A stretch of DNA of 64,000 nucleotides from Zygnema circumcarinatum SAG 698-1b (lineage: Eukaryota > Plantae > Zygnematophyceae), in NCBI GenBank assembly GCA_037447605.1, contig CM074807.1:1860001-1924000 (forward strand), written 5' to 3'. Numbering within the stretch: position 1 is the first letter of the stretch; each line of letters opens with the position of its first letter. Of this stretch, positions 29,218-43,800 are shown one piece after another. Under the pieces are notes generated by a model that was not told where the DNA came from, ran no database searches, and saw nothing but the letters and a program-made list of their open reading frames with translations. Position numbers and translations under genes: made by a program.

Positions 29218-32200
29218 TCAATACCTCCGCCAAGGCCGTGACTCCTTCGTCCGCTGCTCCAGATCGCGCACCCTTGCAAGAAGCTCACTAGGGTTGCAGA
29301 AAAACAATGTGAACACCTCCCTTTCAAATTTCATTATGTCCGCCATGTCGTCAAGTACCTGCGGCGGCAATGTGGCAACGGAACTGAGTACACGATACCA
29401 TGGGAATCCAAACAACAAAGAAAGTGTGCAAGGAGCGCAACTTTTGCAGGGCAGGCAGGCACTCTATTCCGGAAGTAAGTCCACTAATGACTCAACACGC
29501 AGTCCAGCGTTGATGCAATGGAGAACAGGCACTTGGATGGATGCAAGATGGCGATGGATATGGTGCATGTGTGCAGAAGACGTGTGCGCCGCATGATGAG
29601 ACTGCTTACCTGATGGAAGCGCTTGTATCGGCCTTGAATTTTACTGACAGAAGTCTCCAGTGAGTTACTGAGGCTTTCAAGGGAATCAAACAGAAGCGCC
29701 ACATCCTGCAACAGCAACATACACTCTCTTTGTTGACAGGTTAGTAGTTTGAGAACGAGGCCTCTACGCCATGGCTGAAGCATTTGTGAAGAGCGATGCA
29801 CATAAGCTCAGGCTCCTCAAATCCACGTCAGAGATCAGACCAGAGTTTGTACTTAGCCAAGCAATTCTCAGAACAATAATGAGTCGTGTGAACAGACCAA
29901 AGAGGGCCATAATCGGCTGCTGAAGCACAATACCTCGAGAACAAAGAGAGGTCGATGGGGATCGATCGGTGAAAACAGCAATGCGCGCGTTTGTGCAATG
30001 TTTCGTTGCCTGCAGAGCCTTACCAGCAACACACATGAGTCACTAGGCCCCTAGCTGGCAGAAAAATGAGCCCAGCCTGCCCAAAACAACACGCAGATTT
30101 TCCTCCAAGAATGTCTCCTCAATCAGCTTATGGTCTCAGTGCATGGAACCTTAACAAAAGATTTCTCCATGCAGTATTAGTTGCGTAGAAACCACCTCAC
30201 TCCTTGTGGGCGCATAGGTTCTAGTACTTAAAAGGCAAAGGTTCTGTATCTCTGCTTAAAATACTTTGGCAATCCTGATAACATTTGCCGGTTAGACGAT
30301 AAGGAAGCCATGGCTCTGCTGCTTACAGATCAGGCAAGGCGACTGTTCTCTGCTGAACCTGGAGGGTCCTTATCTGCGTTCTCACAGCTCCCAAGCGTTC
30401 TTCAAAGTCCACAAGAGACTGGATGACTGACTCGGTCGAAAGGATCGGTGCGGAGGTGTTGCCTGGAGCACATTCATGCCCAAAAATGTTGGCTTTGTTG
30501 TCAATCGAGATACCAGGGAACTTGCACACATATGCCGTAAAGAGTTTCATTTGAACCCTTCAGTAATCAGCCTCCTTTGAGCTTAGAAACACCATCGGTT
30601 GACTTTGAGTACGATTCATGAATCTTTTGCAGCCTTAGAACTCCAAAAAGGTAAGGAGACAAGACCACGAAACAGTCACATATACTGACTCATTTCTTTC
30701 CGTGGGGCTCCCAATGCAGACCACACATTGCCCACAAGCCCCTTTAGAAAACCAAGCACCACTCTCGTGTCCAAACGCATTGCATCTCTTGGTTTCACAT
30801 GGATATCCGCCTAAACATGTCGGCATCTAATGACCGGTAACAAAGCAAATAGAGAGTCAGCACATAGAATTGTCCCACTCAGACAGTTCACGTTCAGAAA
30901 ATTCCCCCCACACAATCCTTCCGCGAGAGGCCAGCACAGATTCAGAGAAGCCATAACAAATTCCAGATTCACAAGAACTTCTCTCACCTGCTGTGCCTTG
31001 AAGGAGAGACCCGATCCGGCGAAATAATGGAAACAGGTCGACATCACCAGGAGAATTTTCTGCTCCCTTGATTGCATCTTCCAAAGCATGGCAACAATTC
31101 TGGCAAGCCCATGAAGCCGACTCAGTATAGAAGCTAGTTAACTGCAAAACAAGCCTCTGCTTCCATAAAGTGAATTGAAACTCTCAGGCAAGTTGATCTA
31201 ACAAGTACAACAGTTGAATCTTGACGATGACAATGGCGAACTGTAGTGGGTCCCACAAACTGGTCATACCAAATCTGTGCACACAGCAGACAGACTCTCA
31301 TGGGCCACTACGAACCCTGCATGAATGAACCAATCCCGGAGACCCTGAATGACGGATGGCTATCCAAATTACAGAGTGAGCGAGACGGTCCTTACAATAC
31401 GCTCCGAGGAGGCAGTGAGCACAGCTGCAATCTCGCCTTCCGCCAAAGTTAAAAGCAAGCGCACGTCTTGATGGAACTGCGTGTCGAGAACAAAAGCATG
31501 GCGGAGCACTATGTGCAGTGCCAACAGTTGCGCCAAATGGCCAATGAACTGCAAATGGTCCATCCCAATAACGAAAACAGCTCTTCAAAATGAGCTACCA
31601 TAACGATCAGTACAGTTAGCAAAGCTGCCAAGAAGCTGAACAGTAATATGCCACAATCTGATTCATAGTTATGCAGTGCCATGACCGTGCACGCCTCCCC
31701 ACCAGGTGAAGGCGGATTGAAAAAAAAAGCTGTTAGAAGTACAGGAGCAGAACATTGTCCCTCATCATCGAAAAATCTTCATTCTGTCAGCCTTCGATAA
31801 TTATACAGCAAAAATTTGGGCGTACTAAGCCATTTAGGAAGCAACATTTTATTTCTACTGTCCTCACTACAAACTTTCATGAAGGACAGTTAAATTACTC
31901 CGACTCCCACGTGTTTCTGGTTTGTCTCTGTGTTCGGGAAACGTCAGTGTTTAAAGTGGAGCTAACAGCTACCGCAGCAATATTGGAAAGAGGACAAATT
32001 ATACTTTTCGTACTGGTCCTGCTGTTTCCGTACATCCTCCACTAACCTGCTTCTATGGTAAAACGAAGGCAAAATGTGGGCGGCAATCTCATGTTTGCAA
32101 TGACTGCCGAGGGTGACACATGCATCCATTGCACATTCAGCAAATAAGGATTGGCACATTAGGGTGCGTGTTCTACACTAGGCTCGTACACAATGTTACA

Positions 32201-35200
32201 ACCACGAAATGCATACGTTTGTTTATCAGGAGATTCCACAAAGAAATGGGGGAATGATTCACAACCTTGCCATAGCGCTTCAGGTAATAATCTTGGCTTC
32301 TCCGTTTCAACTCATAATCTCCTGCTCACATGCGAAAAAAGAGAGTCATACAGGCCAAGGGACTCACCAAACAAAACTGAGCATCTGACGAATCCGTTAG
32401 TACCATCTCTGCTTATTTTCCAATCAGAGTAACTTCAGCATCGAAAAGAAAAGGACCAACACCAGTGCGACAAATGTGATTCTAAATTCTGAAGTACTAT
32501 TCAAGACTAGCTTCTTAAAAGGGCAATTGAACGAAACTAATAAAAGTAGACATGGAACATACCTTCAAAAGCAAAAGTGTCGTTGAACTGTGCCAATTCT
32601 TCACAGAGGGATGACACCTGTTACCCACTAGCACCAGAACAAAGGCACTACACTTAATTGCAAGATAATTTTCAGCAAAGTTGTAATGCACCGAACAGCT
32701 TCATGCAGCGAACGACCATCTCAGGTTTGCAATGAGGCGGAATAAGTGGAGGCACTTACCTGGCTTTCAAGTCGCTTTTCATCTCTCTGCAGATGGACGA
32801 GGTGGCCCTTCAGGTCCTCCAACTTCAGCCTGCACGGACATGGCTCAGCCACTATTAGCTAGCACTAGGAAGGCCCAACATAAAGTTAGTAGAATTGGAT
32901 TTAGACTATACGCAAGACACCTAGATGTACAGCTCCAAAATGTCAGAAGAGGATCCTTCAATTGCCTGTCCTTCTATTTCACATAACAGTCAGAGCTCGA
33001 GCCCGTGATGTGCATAGAAACTAATGGTATCTGCCACTGGTCGACTAGCCATTATCTCATCATGTGAGAATAACAAGTAATGCTAACAGATCTTGCCCGG
33101 GTAATGACGCAAGCATCCACTAATAACGATCTTACCTAGTCCCCCGGATCTACTTCCCGTCTATTAGGTTCATGCCACCTGTGTCACTTGGGTGACAATT
33201 TACAGACCACATTGCTGATATCCTTTCTGACTGTGGAAACTCGTGTATCTAATTGGATCCCATTTCAGCAGTAAAAGAGACACTGCGCCCATCTACACAT
33301 TCAAGGACCTAATCCATACACAGCAAATGTAATTATACACAGCATAAGGTGCAAATACCGCAATGCGCTTTCGTCTTCTTGCATGTCCCGTGAGGCAGCT
33401 GACAACTGAACGCGGGCGGATGCGAGGGAGGCCTCCTCCTGTGCCTTCCTGCCCACGGCGGCCACACGCTGCTCTTCCGCGATGCCAAATCTGCATTACC
33501 AAAATTCAAGTCAAGAGTTAGCAAAGGAGGAGACAGTGACCCTATGGAGGTCTATACCACGATATCAATTCAGTCATGATATTCTGCTCTTTATATCAAG
33601 ATTGGCAACAAATGCATCTCCAAGTATGCACTTATACATAGTTTCAAACTTCCGCACAATGGCCTTTGATAAAATCGTGTGTTCGCACTAGGTTTCCGTT
33701 CTATAGCAAATAGGAGAATCTCCTTCTAGCAGCACACGGACACATGAAGACCTAGGTACCTGTCAAAATGCATCTCTAAAAACCCTGAGAAAACCCAACT
33801 CCCTAACCACAATTGAACGAGACGACTGACAGGCAGCTTTACATAACTGGAACCTCTAGCGTAAGCTCACGTGTCTAGCATAATGCCTACAGGGGGAGGC
33901 ACAGACAACTGCCACCCTCTCCGTGCTTTTTAGCGGACTTACGTTCGAGAAAGCCGCTCAAGCTCAGTGACTCTTTGATGATGTCGACTTAAGAGCTGCT
34001 GCCTTTGAGGCATTCCTCCTGAAAATTTGCATAAAAAACTTCAGGGAACAACTTGTTTGCTCCGCCCAAAATATATATGCCTAGAAGCATGTAGCACTCT
34101 AGCTTTGCTGACTGAAAAGGGATTCTTTTGAATTGCGAAATTGCTTATCCTGTGAAATAAATTTAGGGCAATATTCTTCCTTTATCTTTGGTTATCTAGG
34201 TCATGTTTTCGATTCCAACACCAAAAACGTAAAAGCATAAAGATACGCACGTTTTGTGGAGTGAGCTAGTGAACTTTTGTAACGGGGGATCTCACAACTG
34301 ACTCGTTTGGAGGATATATATCCAGCATTGTTTAATAACATCCAGAACGCTCAAAGCTCATTTCTGATCATACAACCTATTGAGCCCTACCGGTCTGATC
34401 CGAGTAGCAGGTCTGAGTCAGGAACACACCTGAAAACGAATGGCGGAGAATCTCGGGGCTGGCCAGATCAGGCATAGGAGAGGCTGCATTCTTCTCCACT
34501 TCTCGACCTGCTCCCTGCGCCATTCAGTCCCGTTTCAGTAAACCTTTACGCGTTGGTCCGAATCCTTCTCCTAACACCGGGCAGGAGTATCCAAACACCG
34601 ACCCTAGAAGCGTGATCCTTACTCCTTCAAATTGCTTTTGATGCCACCGATCGAGCTCCTTCTGGCAAACTTCATTCTGTCGCAAAAAGGATCCAAAACT
34701 CGACAGGAGCAACTGTTGTCTGCCTCCTGCACCCTCCCCTGCAAGGGAAACCACTGCCCTAAAGCAATTCAGAAATGAGCTCGTCTTAAAACAAGAAGGC
34801 AACAACAGTGTCTGTGATCCAGTTCAGAAGTCTTTTAAAGTACACTACCCACATAGTACATCGAAGATAACTGGTCAGAGTCCATCGCTGATACCTCAAG
34901 CTGGGAAAAACGGTGAAAATGTGGAAACTTATCACCTCAAAGAATCAGGTGCAATCTCACAGCATATTTTCAAAGACTTACCAGTGTTGTTTCGTTCTAT
35001 CTGTTGCACAGTCGCTGTAACCTTCACAAGAATGGAATCCATCTGCCTTCACCATCCCCAGCCAAGTCAGCTCCATTTCTTTAGCAGCTGACAGCCAGCC
35101 ATGAGAACCAATTCTGACATTTGTAAATGAGCGCCTCTACCGCAAAAAACAGGCAAGTTAAGTGTGGAAATCAGCCATTCTCAATCAGCGTGATAGTCGT

Positions 35201-37125
35201 AACATTTACTAAGACAGCTGATACAGGAAGCAAGATATTCACTTACGAGAAGAAGATCACTTCAGCTACACAGTCGAATCGGCACAACTAAGCCAGCACT
35301 AATCGACAGAACTACACGTGAACTATGAAACAAAACAAAACAATGAAAAAAATGCTCCCAAATTCCATTTCTTTCTAGACGAACAGGTTCAGCTTCAGTT
35401 GGACATATGGTGGCAGCAATATTCTCAAATAAGACAAGGCAAACCATGAAAACATGAGGATAACTATATGCATCGAGATTGGTAGAGACACACCTCATCA
35501 TTCAATTCCTTTAGACGTGAAATAGCCATTGCGCATTGATCCAAAGCTCGATGCACAATGCTCTCCTGATCGGCCGTGTAGACTGACGAAGCAATTTGCT
35601 GTTCTGCCAAAGAAGCCTCGAGCAGTTGCATCCGAGCTAAACGCCATTTTAAGTTCTGCGCTTCGTCATCCAAGAGGTCCGTTTCCTCCCTGAAGGAAAG
35701 ACGAGTACAGAAGTAAGGACCAATTCCTAGGGATAAACATTCCAGACCATGAGACGGATAAGATAGGAAAGGTAAGAAAGGAAAGCGGATGTTGGGAGAA
35801 TATGAGGCTCTTCCGCACTTATTGTATGGAGTGTTTAAAAGCATAATTCAGCACCTTCGATCATCTACACAACGAGGTAAAGCCATAAAATTCCACAGAA
35901 ATACACTACAGCTTAAGGCAGAGAACCAGTAAAAATTGAACTAGCTCTACATTGCAAGCCAGCACCTTCTCGTATTATCTCGGAGGAACTGGACACAAAA
36001 GAATTCAAACTTAATAGGAATTAACTAGGAAACCAACTAACTAACTAGGAAAGACCAAACTGCAGGTAAGCCGCTAGCAGTTACATAAAAACGAAACCGA
36101 AAATAGTAACACAACAGCTCCACACAATCACAGAGACAAAGGGACGTGGGATCAAAGAAGTCGTGTACATTTTGTTCAATCACTATGTTCTAATAACATT
36201 CGACGACTCAACTACCTTTCCCGAAGAAAGGGAAACAAAATGCCCACCGAGTCTGTTTGATCATGTCGTCGAGTTCAACAACATCTTCCTCACTTCCACT
36301 AGTCAACTTGCGAAATGCCTCGTCAAGTTCTTCCCCCTTCGTTCACCAACCCATCCATTACCCACAAGCACCCTCAGAACATTCTTCAACAAATCTAGGA
36401 TAATATTCTGCTGACTGGCTGAACAACTCCGAACTGGCAACGGTCATTCACATAGCTAAGGCGTATATAGTGCAACTGATTTGGCAAAATAAACACACTT
36501 CAAGTCCATTACTAGCTCACCTTTAACACTTTGTCTTGATGTATTAACTCTTTGTATCTGTGATAAAAAAGCCAGACAGTAAACCGAGTCAATCCTTTTG
36601 TTTCAAACGACTCCCACTATGCATAGATTTAAATAATAATAATAAAAAAAGATAGCTGTTCAAGCAGCATAGCTAGCAAAGCAGTCTCACCGCTGCATAA
36701 CACAGGATTGGAAGTATCAAACTAATCGAAGTATCAACAGAATCCGCTAGTGCATGCCGTTTGATTAAGGAGTAATAAGAAAAACAAAAGCAAGGCAAAC
36801 TTCCGCAGGAAAAACAACCAAAACACATACATTACTCACTCATAGATGCCGTGGAAATGTACAAGATGTTGGACGGGAAACTCGACAGGATTTAAAAAAA
36901 GGTAAAAGGGGAAACAATAAAAGAGGCAGGTGAAGGCCTCTAAAGCACTTACTCAGCCAGCTCGTCAAGAGACAACACATTGTCAGTGCTGACATTTTTG
37001 CAAAGCCACCTAACCAGGGCCTTTGCGCCTTCTTGCTCGCAAGTCCATGCCAAGCTCTCTACCGTGTGTGTTGGCTGACTGATTCCCAGGCCCTCCAACA
37101 GATTCAGGAACTGTTTTCCACTCAT
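29218..37125 (-). CDS. HAUS3: Augmin/HAUS complex subunit 3 (AUG3), multi-exon; internal exon boundaries not all resolved
   Basis: N-terminal exon MSGKQFLNLLEGLG...LAWTCEQEGAKALVRWLCKNVSTDNVLSLDEL, internal KELDRWHQKQFE, and C-terminal EREVFTLFFCNPSELLARVRDL, matching remembered HAUS3 termini. Confidence 0.85.
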
Positions 37126-38782
37126 CCTAGCACTGCCTGCAGTGCCCTTCACTCCTCCAGAGTGCAAGCGCTCCGCGTCAAAGTGCGATACTCATCAGCA
37201 TCTGCCGCAACAACTGCTGTGAAAGCTGGCCACCCGCCTTCCCCTCACTCTCAGAAAAGAAGAACGTGCCATGTTGTCAGCAAAATCGAGCAAGATGCGC
37301 AAGGGAAAGCATGAAAGCCTTGGCTTCCTCAGCTGCTGTAAGCGCGCTGTGCACGACGCTATGCAGGGAAGGGGAGGGACGAGCATTCAGACTCCGAGTC
37401 GCGGAACGCGGTGCTCCTCCAAACGCCTGTTGGCGTCGCTTCGCCGCCTCACCCGTTGCTTCAGCCCTGCTTCGTCCCTGTGCTGGCAGCTGGCCTCAGA
37501 TTACAAAAGCAGCAGCAGCGATTGCAGGCAAAGGGAATCGAGGTAGTTTCGCCCTCTCTATAGAGATGGACAGCTTTGCCGGTTTGTAGCGCTGAAATTA
37601 GAAGCTCTCTAAGTCATGCTGCCAGGGTGTCTGCTCGTGTAGCCAACTACGCTTGTGTTATCGCAACTTCGAAATGAAGCCCGGCCAAGCCAAACGGTCG
37701 TCATCTCGATGCCTCATTTTTCGCAGCAATTGCAAAACCATTCTCTACAGTATTGAAGGTGAGACAATGTGCCAGAACTTTAAAGCTCCAGCATAGCCCC
37801 TATCCTTACACGTACCAAGGCATGATTATGTCATACCAAGCATGGCCAGTACTTCAAGGGAACGATGGAAGACCTTTTGTTGGTTTCGATCCTGTTCGTT
37901 GGGTCCCAATAGAGAAGGAATTCAGTGCTAGCTGGTTTCAGCAGAGTATCAGAAAATTCAGCAAGACGGGCAACCGGTCGCCGTTGTTGGTGAATGGTTG
38001 GGCCAATTGGTTTGCTGTAAGCATTGTTCTTCGGATGAAATCACAGGGTCGTCATGCATCAAGAGAGAGCGCCCGAAGTTCCCTTCGAGGGAAAGTGGCA
38101 GCACTCGTTTCTGCTCTATAAATGTATCTAAGAACCGCAACAATTGTTGACTTCTTGCTTACACGCGGAGGATCATGCAGAGTGATTTGTCTATTCAACT
38201 TGCATTCGGTCTGTTTCAATTGCAGTATCAAGGAGCAGCTACTTGCTTGTTTAGAAAAAGAAATTTGAGGTTAAAGCCGCGACAGGTAGATCGTAAACAC
38301 TTTTGCAATTTTCTCTTTACTCCACAGCTGGTATGTCTTGATCATGGTGAAGAGTTAGCGCAAACTAGCTGGCACGCCAAGGTGCTAACCTTACAGGAGG
38401 CTGTTCCCTGATGCTTTGCTTTACAGTGTGCAGACGTTCGATTTAATATATATTTGGCCGCATGCATCTCAATGGAATTGATGTAAATCTGGTCATTGCT
38501 TCAACTAGCTGGCACCTGATGCAGGAACGTGAGCATTGGCTGCAGGTAATAAATAGCAACATCTTAAAGCCAATGGAGTTACAATGGCACTTTTTTCTTG
38601 TTTCCTCGTTAAGTTCACCTTTGATGTTCCCTACTTGAACAAGTTACTGCTGAGGTAATTATATGCCAGCGTCAACGTACATGTATTATACTCCTGCTGC
38701 CCTCCGCTTGCAGATGGAATGAGCTCGTTCGTGGCTTTGAGGCTTATTTTTCTATCTGGCTATCGTGGAGCCCTTCATCAGC

Positions 38783-40729
38783 ATGATGCACAGTTTGGTT
38801 CCCCAACGGGAACAAATAGGCATGCCGGGCCAAGACAGGCCTTCCTTGGTGGCTTCACAGCTTGCCAACCAGCTGCCCCCTGATGTGTCCACTCCCGAGG
38901 ACCAAGGGCTCGACCACAATCTTCATAGTGACATTGGCTCTGCAGGAACTCTGAGTCTCTCTGAACGATCCCCTGTTCCCTCAACTTTGCCTTATGGAGA
39001 AGCCCTTTCAGTAGTGCACTCGCTCAAGTCAGGAAGGGTGACGACATCCACGAGCGACCAGCGTTTCCTTCTCATTTTCATTCTTTCAAACTACTTTGGG
39101 CCAGACTTGAAGCATGAAGAACTGAAGCGCTCAGCAGCGCAAAGGCTGGCTATGGGAGCCCCTTCATATGGAGAGGGAGATGTGCGCAACTCCATCTTGA
39201 AGCTTGCCGAGATAGAGAGCATTTATTACTATGTCGTCAGACAAGCCCACCCTGCTGCCCGAGTCAAACTGCAATCATTGTACAAGTTCTTGCAAGGTCA
39301 TTTGGCTCCACCGGTGAAGGAGTTGCTAGAGGACGATCGACAGTTCACATATTTTTTCGAACCAACAATTCATAAGCAAACTCGTTACAAGGGAACCTAT
39401 AAAGTGGTTGAGGGCATTGTTTTCATCAGCAGCCCTGATACGTCGTCTATTCGTGAAACAGACTTAAGTCGCTTTCTGTGGCTTACAAATCTTCCTTCCA
39501 CTGCACTGGACCGCGAAGAGGCACGCCATTTTGTACACGGTATGCGGACTGATCGCGATGAGGACCGTCAGGCACGATTCAATCTTGTCACAGAACAGCG
39601 CAATGAGAAAGAGCACGGAGTCTCGAACCTTGCTATTGGAGGTGGGGAACAAGAACAAGAACGGGGCCAAAGGGTCGAGGGGATGGCAGCACGTAAAAAA
39701 AAGAGGAAAAGGGAACACGGGGATGTGAGTGGTGTGAATTCCCTTGGAGGCCCATTGGAGGATAGCGCGCTGAACCCCTGCAGACTTGCTTCGGCTCCTG
39801 TGCAAGAAGGGTCTCCCAGTGGAGGATACGGGGCTTCACTTCTACTTCTCCCTGGGATCCCAACAGCTACGCAATGGCATGACATTTTACAAGCAGCAAG
39901 ACCAAGTGTAGCTTTTACTGGGGCTGCAGCTGTGCGTCAGGCGGGACCAACCCTTGGAGGTGTGGACATTGGGGAGTGTGACGATGCTTACTTGTTTCGA
40001 TGTGCACTTCCTGGTGTAAAGAAAGATGAAGGTGAGCTGACGTATTGTCTGGGTATTGCGTGATGAACCGAAGTTAAGAGAGCAGGCTGTCCCTCAACCC
40101 CTAAGCAGGCTTCAAGCATTGGCTAGTCAATTTCGTTCAGAGACTGCATGTAAGATACGACATTGCAAGGCTTTCTGGGCTCTCCTCCAGTCTTGTAACA
40201 ACATCTTTGTTGCAGCTTTCACTGTCCTCAATCCCCGCCTTACACGAATTGCCTATGGATCAGGCTGCTTTGGCTCATCCTCCATCACTTCTCCCACTCA
40301 ATGAGGTGGAAGATGTTTCTAGTTATACTGCTGGATTTTCTACAATGAGTTTTCATCATCAATTAGGAAGTACACACCAATATAACCACCACCTTCACCT
40401 GCCAGACGTATGGTGTCGGGGTTCTGACAGGCTGTGCTCCCCTTTGACTGTCAGGCGAGTTCAACTGTGAGGTGGAGTATGACGGGCAAGTCACCATCCG
40501 GGGCTGCACTACGACAGGCGCACCTGTGGTGGAGAAAGGAGGTCGCAGGTTTCACATGCACACGTTGAACCTCTGCCCGCCGGGACCTTTTTCTGTCACC
40601 TTCCATCTGCCCGGGCCGGTGGAGCCAAGCCAGTTCACGGGAACGTTTGGAGCGGACGGCATTCTGGAGGGCATTGTGCTGAAGCAGCGACGAGCAACGG
40701 GGGCTGCAGCCTTGACCTTCTTAAGCTGA
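38783..40729 (+). CDS. Alpha-crystallin-domain protein of the IDM2/IDM3 (IDL1) family, long IDM3-like form; exons 38783-40031 and 40455-40729
   Basis: N-domain DQRFLLIFILSNYFGPDL...IESIYYYVVR. C-terminal ACD GVDIGECDDAYLFRCALPGVKKDE|GEFNCEVEYDGQVTIRG...LCPPGPFSVTFHLPGPVEPSQFTGTFGADGILEGIVLK closely resembles the remembered Arabidopsis IDM2/IDM3 ACD. Confidence 0.85.
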
Positions 40730-41987
40730 TGGGAGCGATTAGCAGTCCCATGCAAAGAGGAAACGCCTGTAAACTTCTTCATCAATGAGCGACATTCAGA
40801 AGCATGTACGGACAGGGGCTCGTGATGCCAATTGCTATTCGCCCTAAGTTTCACAGTGAGAGTTCGCGCAGGGCTCATAGGCGTAGATGAACCATGTACC
40901 AGGGGTTTTTCAAATGCTGTGTTTCGCACATACGCCCTTTAGCATAGTACTCGCATGCTCAAAAAGAGTAGTCATTTCCATGTTAAGAAGATCTGTTGGG
41001 CCATCTTAGGCAGAGGCGAGGCACTTTGAAAGTAGATGCTGCATGCATTGTCACACACTTGTAAATAGCTGTTCGAGAAGTCCTCTGCCAATGCAATATT
41101 TGCCCGTCGGGTTGTTTGTCGGAGCATAGGACTACAGAAGCCCATTCAGTAGCCCCTGCAGCAGCACATGAGCTTCCAGCAGAGAGCAAGCGCTCCAGAG
41201 TAGCCATAGCGTAAGGCCTGCACATCGGTGAAGCTGTCACAGCCGACAAAAATTATTTACAGGGTAGTCCCGTTTCTTGGAATTAGGGTGTGTATACTCC
41301 TCACCTTCGAGCAGAGGGCCTTTGATCAGCACTTAGGGTTTACATTTTTTGTCCCCTAAACTTACGAATTAAAACTAATAATTCAGGTGGCATATGCTTT
41401 GATTTACTCGGAACAATTGGGCAAACGTACAAGTGACATTGACACCCTCCACTCAGCCATGTGATGTGTGACAAGTGCCTGATCAAAATCTCTTGAAAAT
41501 ATGAAGTGACTCAGGGAAAGGTAATGTCTCGTTTAGAGCCAACATTTTGCCCTCGGGTCGTGCAAACTTTTTCAATCTGACATTATCTTTCCAGTATTCT
41601 TTGGCTTCCTAGTTTGTTTATTCAATTTCTTTCCCAGTGCTGTACTTTCCGTTTTCTTTCTCAGGATATCTCTCCTCCTCGTGGTTTCGGGCTCCTAGTT
41701 TGTGATCTCATGTCCTCCTCGTGGTTTCGTCTATTTTCCTGTCAAAGCCCAGCTCTCGGTTTCCTGGTTTTCTAGGGATGGCGTCATCTGTCCTTTGAGT
41801 TGCCTAGCCGTCCCAGCCTCGACCAGTCGCGCTCTCGCGCCGCACGCTCAAGGGCGGGGCCGCGGGGGTGCTTGCAGGGGAGCCACGTGGCAAACTACAG
41901 GTCCAGTACACTGCCACGTGACAGGAAGGCTGCTTAGCTGGCTTAAGAAAGCCAAAACAATAGGGCGTGTCAGACTTAAAACATTCT

Positions 41988-43800
41988 CGTAATACTAAAA
42001 ATTCGATATTCGTAACATTTCGAGTCAACGTTAGTAAAACTAAAATTCTCGAGCGTAGTTTTTCGCACTCGCGGCGCGGTCCTGTTCGCACTCCGCGATC
42101 GCCGTCTTCGCACTTCTCCAAACGCCGTCTTCGCAACTTCGCCCTCGCGCGGGGCCCTCAGACTTAGAAACAGCGCCGGCGCGGCGCGCGGAGACCGCTT
42201 GTCGGTGTGTCGTGTTGCGCGTCACGTCGCTGCGCGCCGCCACCATCTCCTCTATTGAAAAAGACGGAGTGGACATTGTACGATCAAAGTGAGGACAGAG
42301 AGAGTTGACACAAAAGACAGATGTGTGATTAACGTGGTAAAAAGTACAATGTCCTAATCTGTTTTATATACATTGCGGCTAGAGCTACACGACAAAAGAG
42401 TGTGGAACTAGCCTGAGTAAGGGCGGCTGGGTGTAAGCACAGAGCCGCAAAGGCACAACTAANNNNNNNNNNCCTCGTTCACGTGTGCGGGGTAGTAAAG
42501 GCAGCTCGTAGTTTCAACGGCACGCGTCGAACTCTACGTGATAACCGGGAGGGCTCAGCGATAATCCCGGTCAAGTCCCTTTCCGAGTTGCGCGGGGACG
42601 GCCCGGGAACCCCTCGTGCCGCCCTCGCCCGCTCTCCTGCGGCCTGCGCCTCCCAGTACAAGTTGATGAGCTCCTGGCAATTGGTTAAGTTGCCCTCGGC
42701 TTCCCATGTGCTATGTTCAACCCCATAGCCCAACCATTTCACGAGGTATTCGTGACGGGAAGATCGACCCTTTCTCACAANNNNNNNNNNAGACGGCGGA
42801 CCGTGAGCTCCATGTCGTCCACCTTCCTTGAGCAGCTCAACGTATTCACGTTCTGCTCCCTCACGCTCTTCCCCAGATCCTCAATCCTGTTCCTCATCTT
42901 CTGGGCCGCGCCCACGGTGATGTGGGCCCCGATCATGGGGTAGGGCCCAGTTGAGGCTTCTACCGGAGCCACGGGCTCCGGTTGGGTGGGGAGAGGGGCG
43001 GTGGTCTCCGGGTGACCTTGATCACCCGTGGGCTCGGGACTCGGCCCCTCCATAGGGACGGGCGTAGTCTCCGAGTTCTCCTCCATCTCCTCGTCCCGGG
43101 GAACGGGAGGTGGAGGTGGCGGCCCCGAGGGCCCCGGGTCCCCTCCGGCCCGGCGAGTGGTCACCATGACCCACTAGGTTCTCCCAAAAGAAGAAGGCCG
43201 CAACGCGGCTCTGATACCAATGTAACAGCTGAAAACCGCCTCTTCAGCCTGCGCGGAATCACACACCAGCACTCAGCAAAACAGAGTTCAGATTGAGAGG
43301 GATTCAGAGAGAGAGNNNNNNNNNNCGTAATACTAAAAATTCGATATTCGTAACATTTCGAGTCAACGTTAGTAAAACTAAAATTCTCGAGCGTAGTTTT
43401 TCGCACTCGCGGCGCGGTCCTGTTCGCACTCCGCGATCGCCGTCTTCGCACTTCTCCAAACGCCGTCTTCGCAACTTCGCCCTCGCGCGGGGCCCTCAGA
43501 CTTAGAAACAGCGCCGGCGCGGCGCGCGGAGACCGCTTGTCGGTGTGTCGTGTTGCGCGTCACGTCGCTGCGCGCCGCCACCATCTCCTCTATTGAAAAA
43601 GACGGAGTGGACATTGTACGATCAAAGTGAGGACAGAGAGAGTTGACACAAAAGACAGATGTGTGATTAACGTGGTAAAAAGTACAATGTCCTAATCTGT
43701 TTTATATACATTGCGGCTAGAGCTACACGACAAAAGAGTGTGGAACTAGCCTGAGTAAGGGCGGCTGGGTGTAAGCACAGAGCCGCAAAGGCACAACTAA
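41988..43800. repeat. 475-bp direct duplication (41988-42462 and 43326-43800) bracketing three N gaps
   Basis: The two blocks read identically and each abuts a 10-N gap. Confidence 0.92.
42473..43315 (-). mobile_element. Ty3/Gypsy chromovirus LTR-retrotransposon fragments: 5' LTR end, PBS, gag start and integrase chromodomain
   Basis: On the minus strand the LTR ends ...TGTTACA at 43221, followed by the tRNA-iMet PBS TGGTATCAGAGC (43219-43208). Gag starts MVTTRR... at 43167. Chromodomain HEYLVKWLGYGVEHSTWEAEGNL lies at about 42680-42760. Confidence 0.9.

Noticed and set aside
40056-40470. Short ORFs inside the IDM3-like intron as extra exons
   Set aside because: The flanking exons already join in frame (G|GC) and give an intact ACD; inclusion would add a stop.
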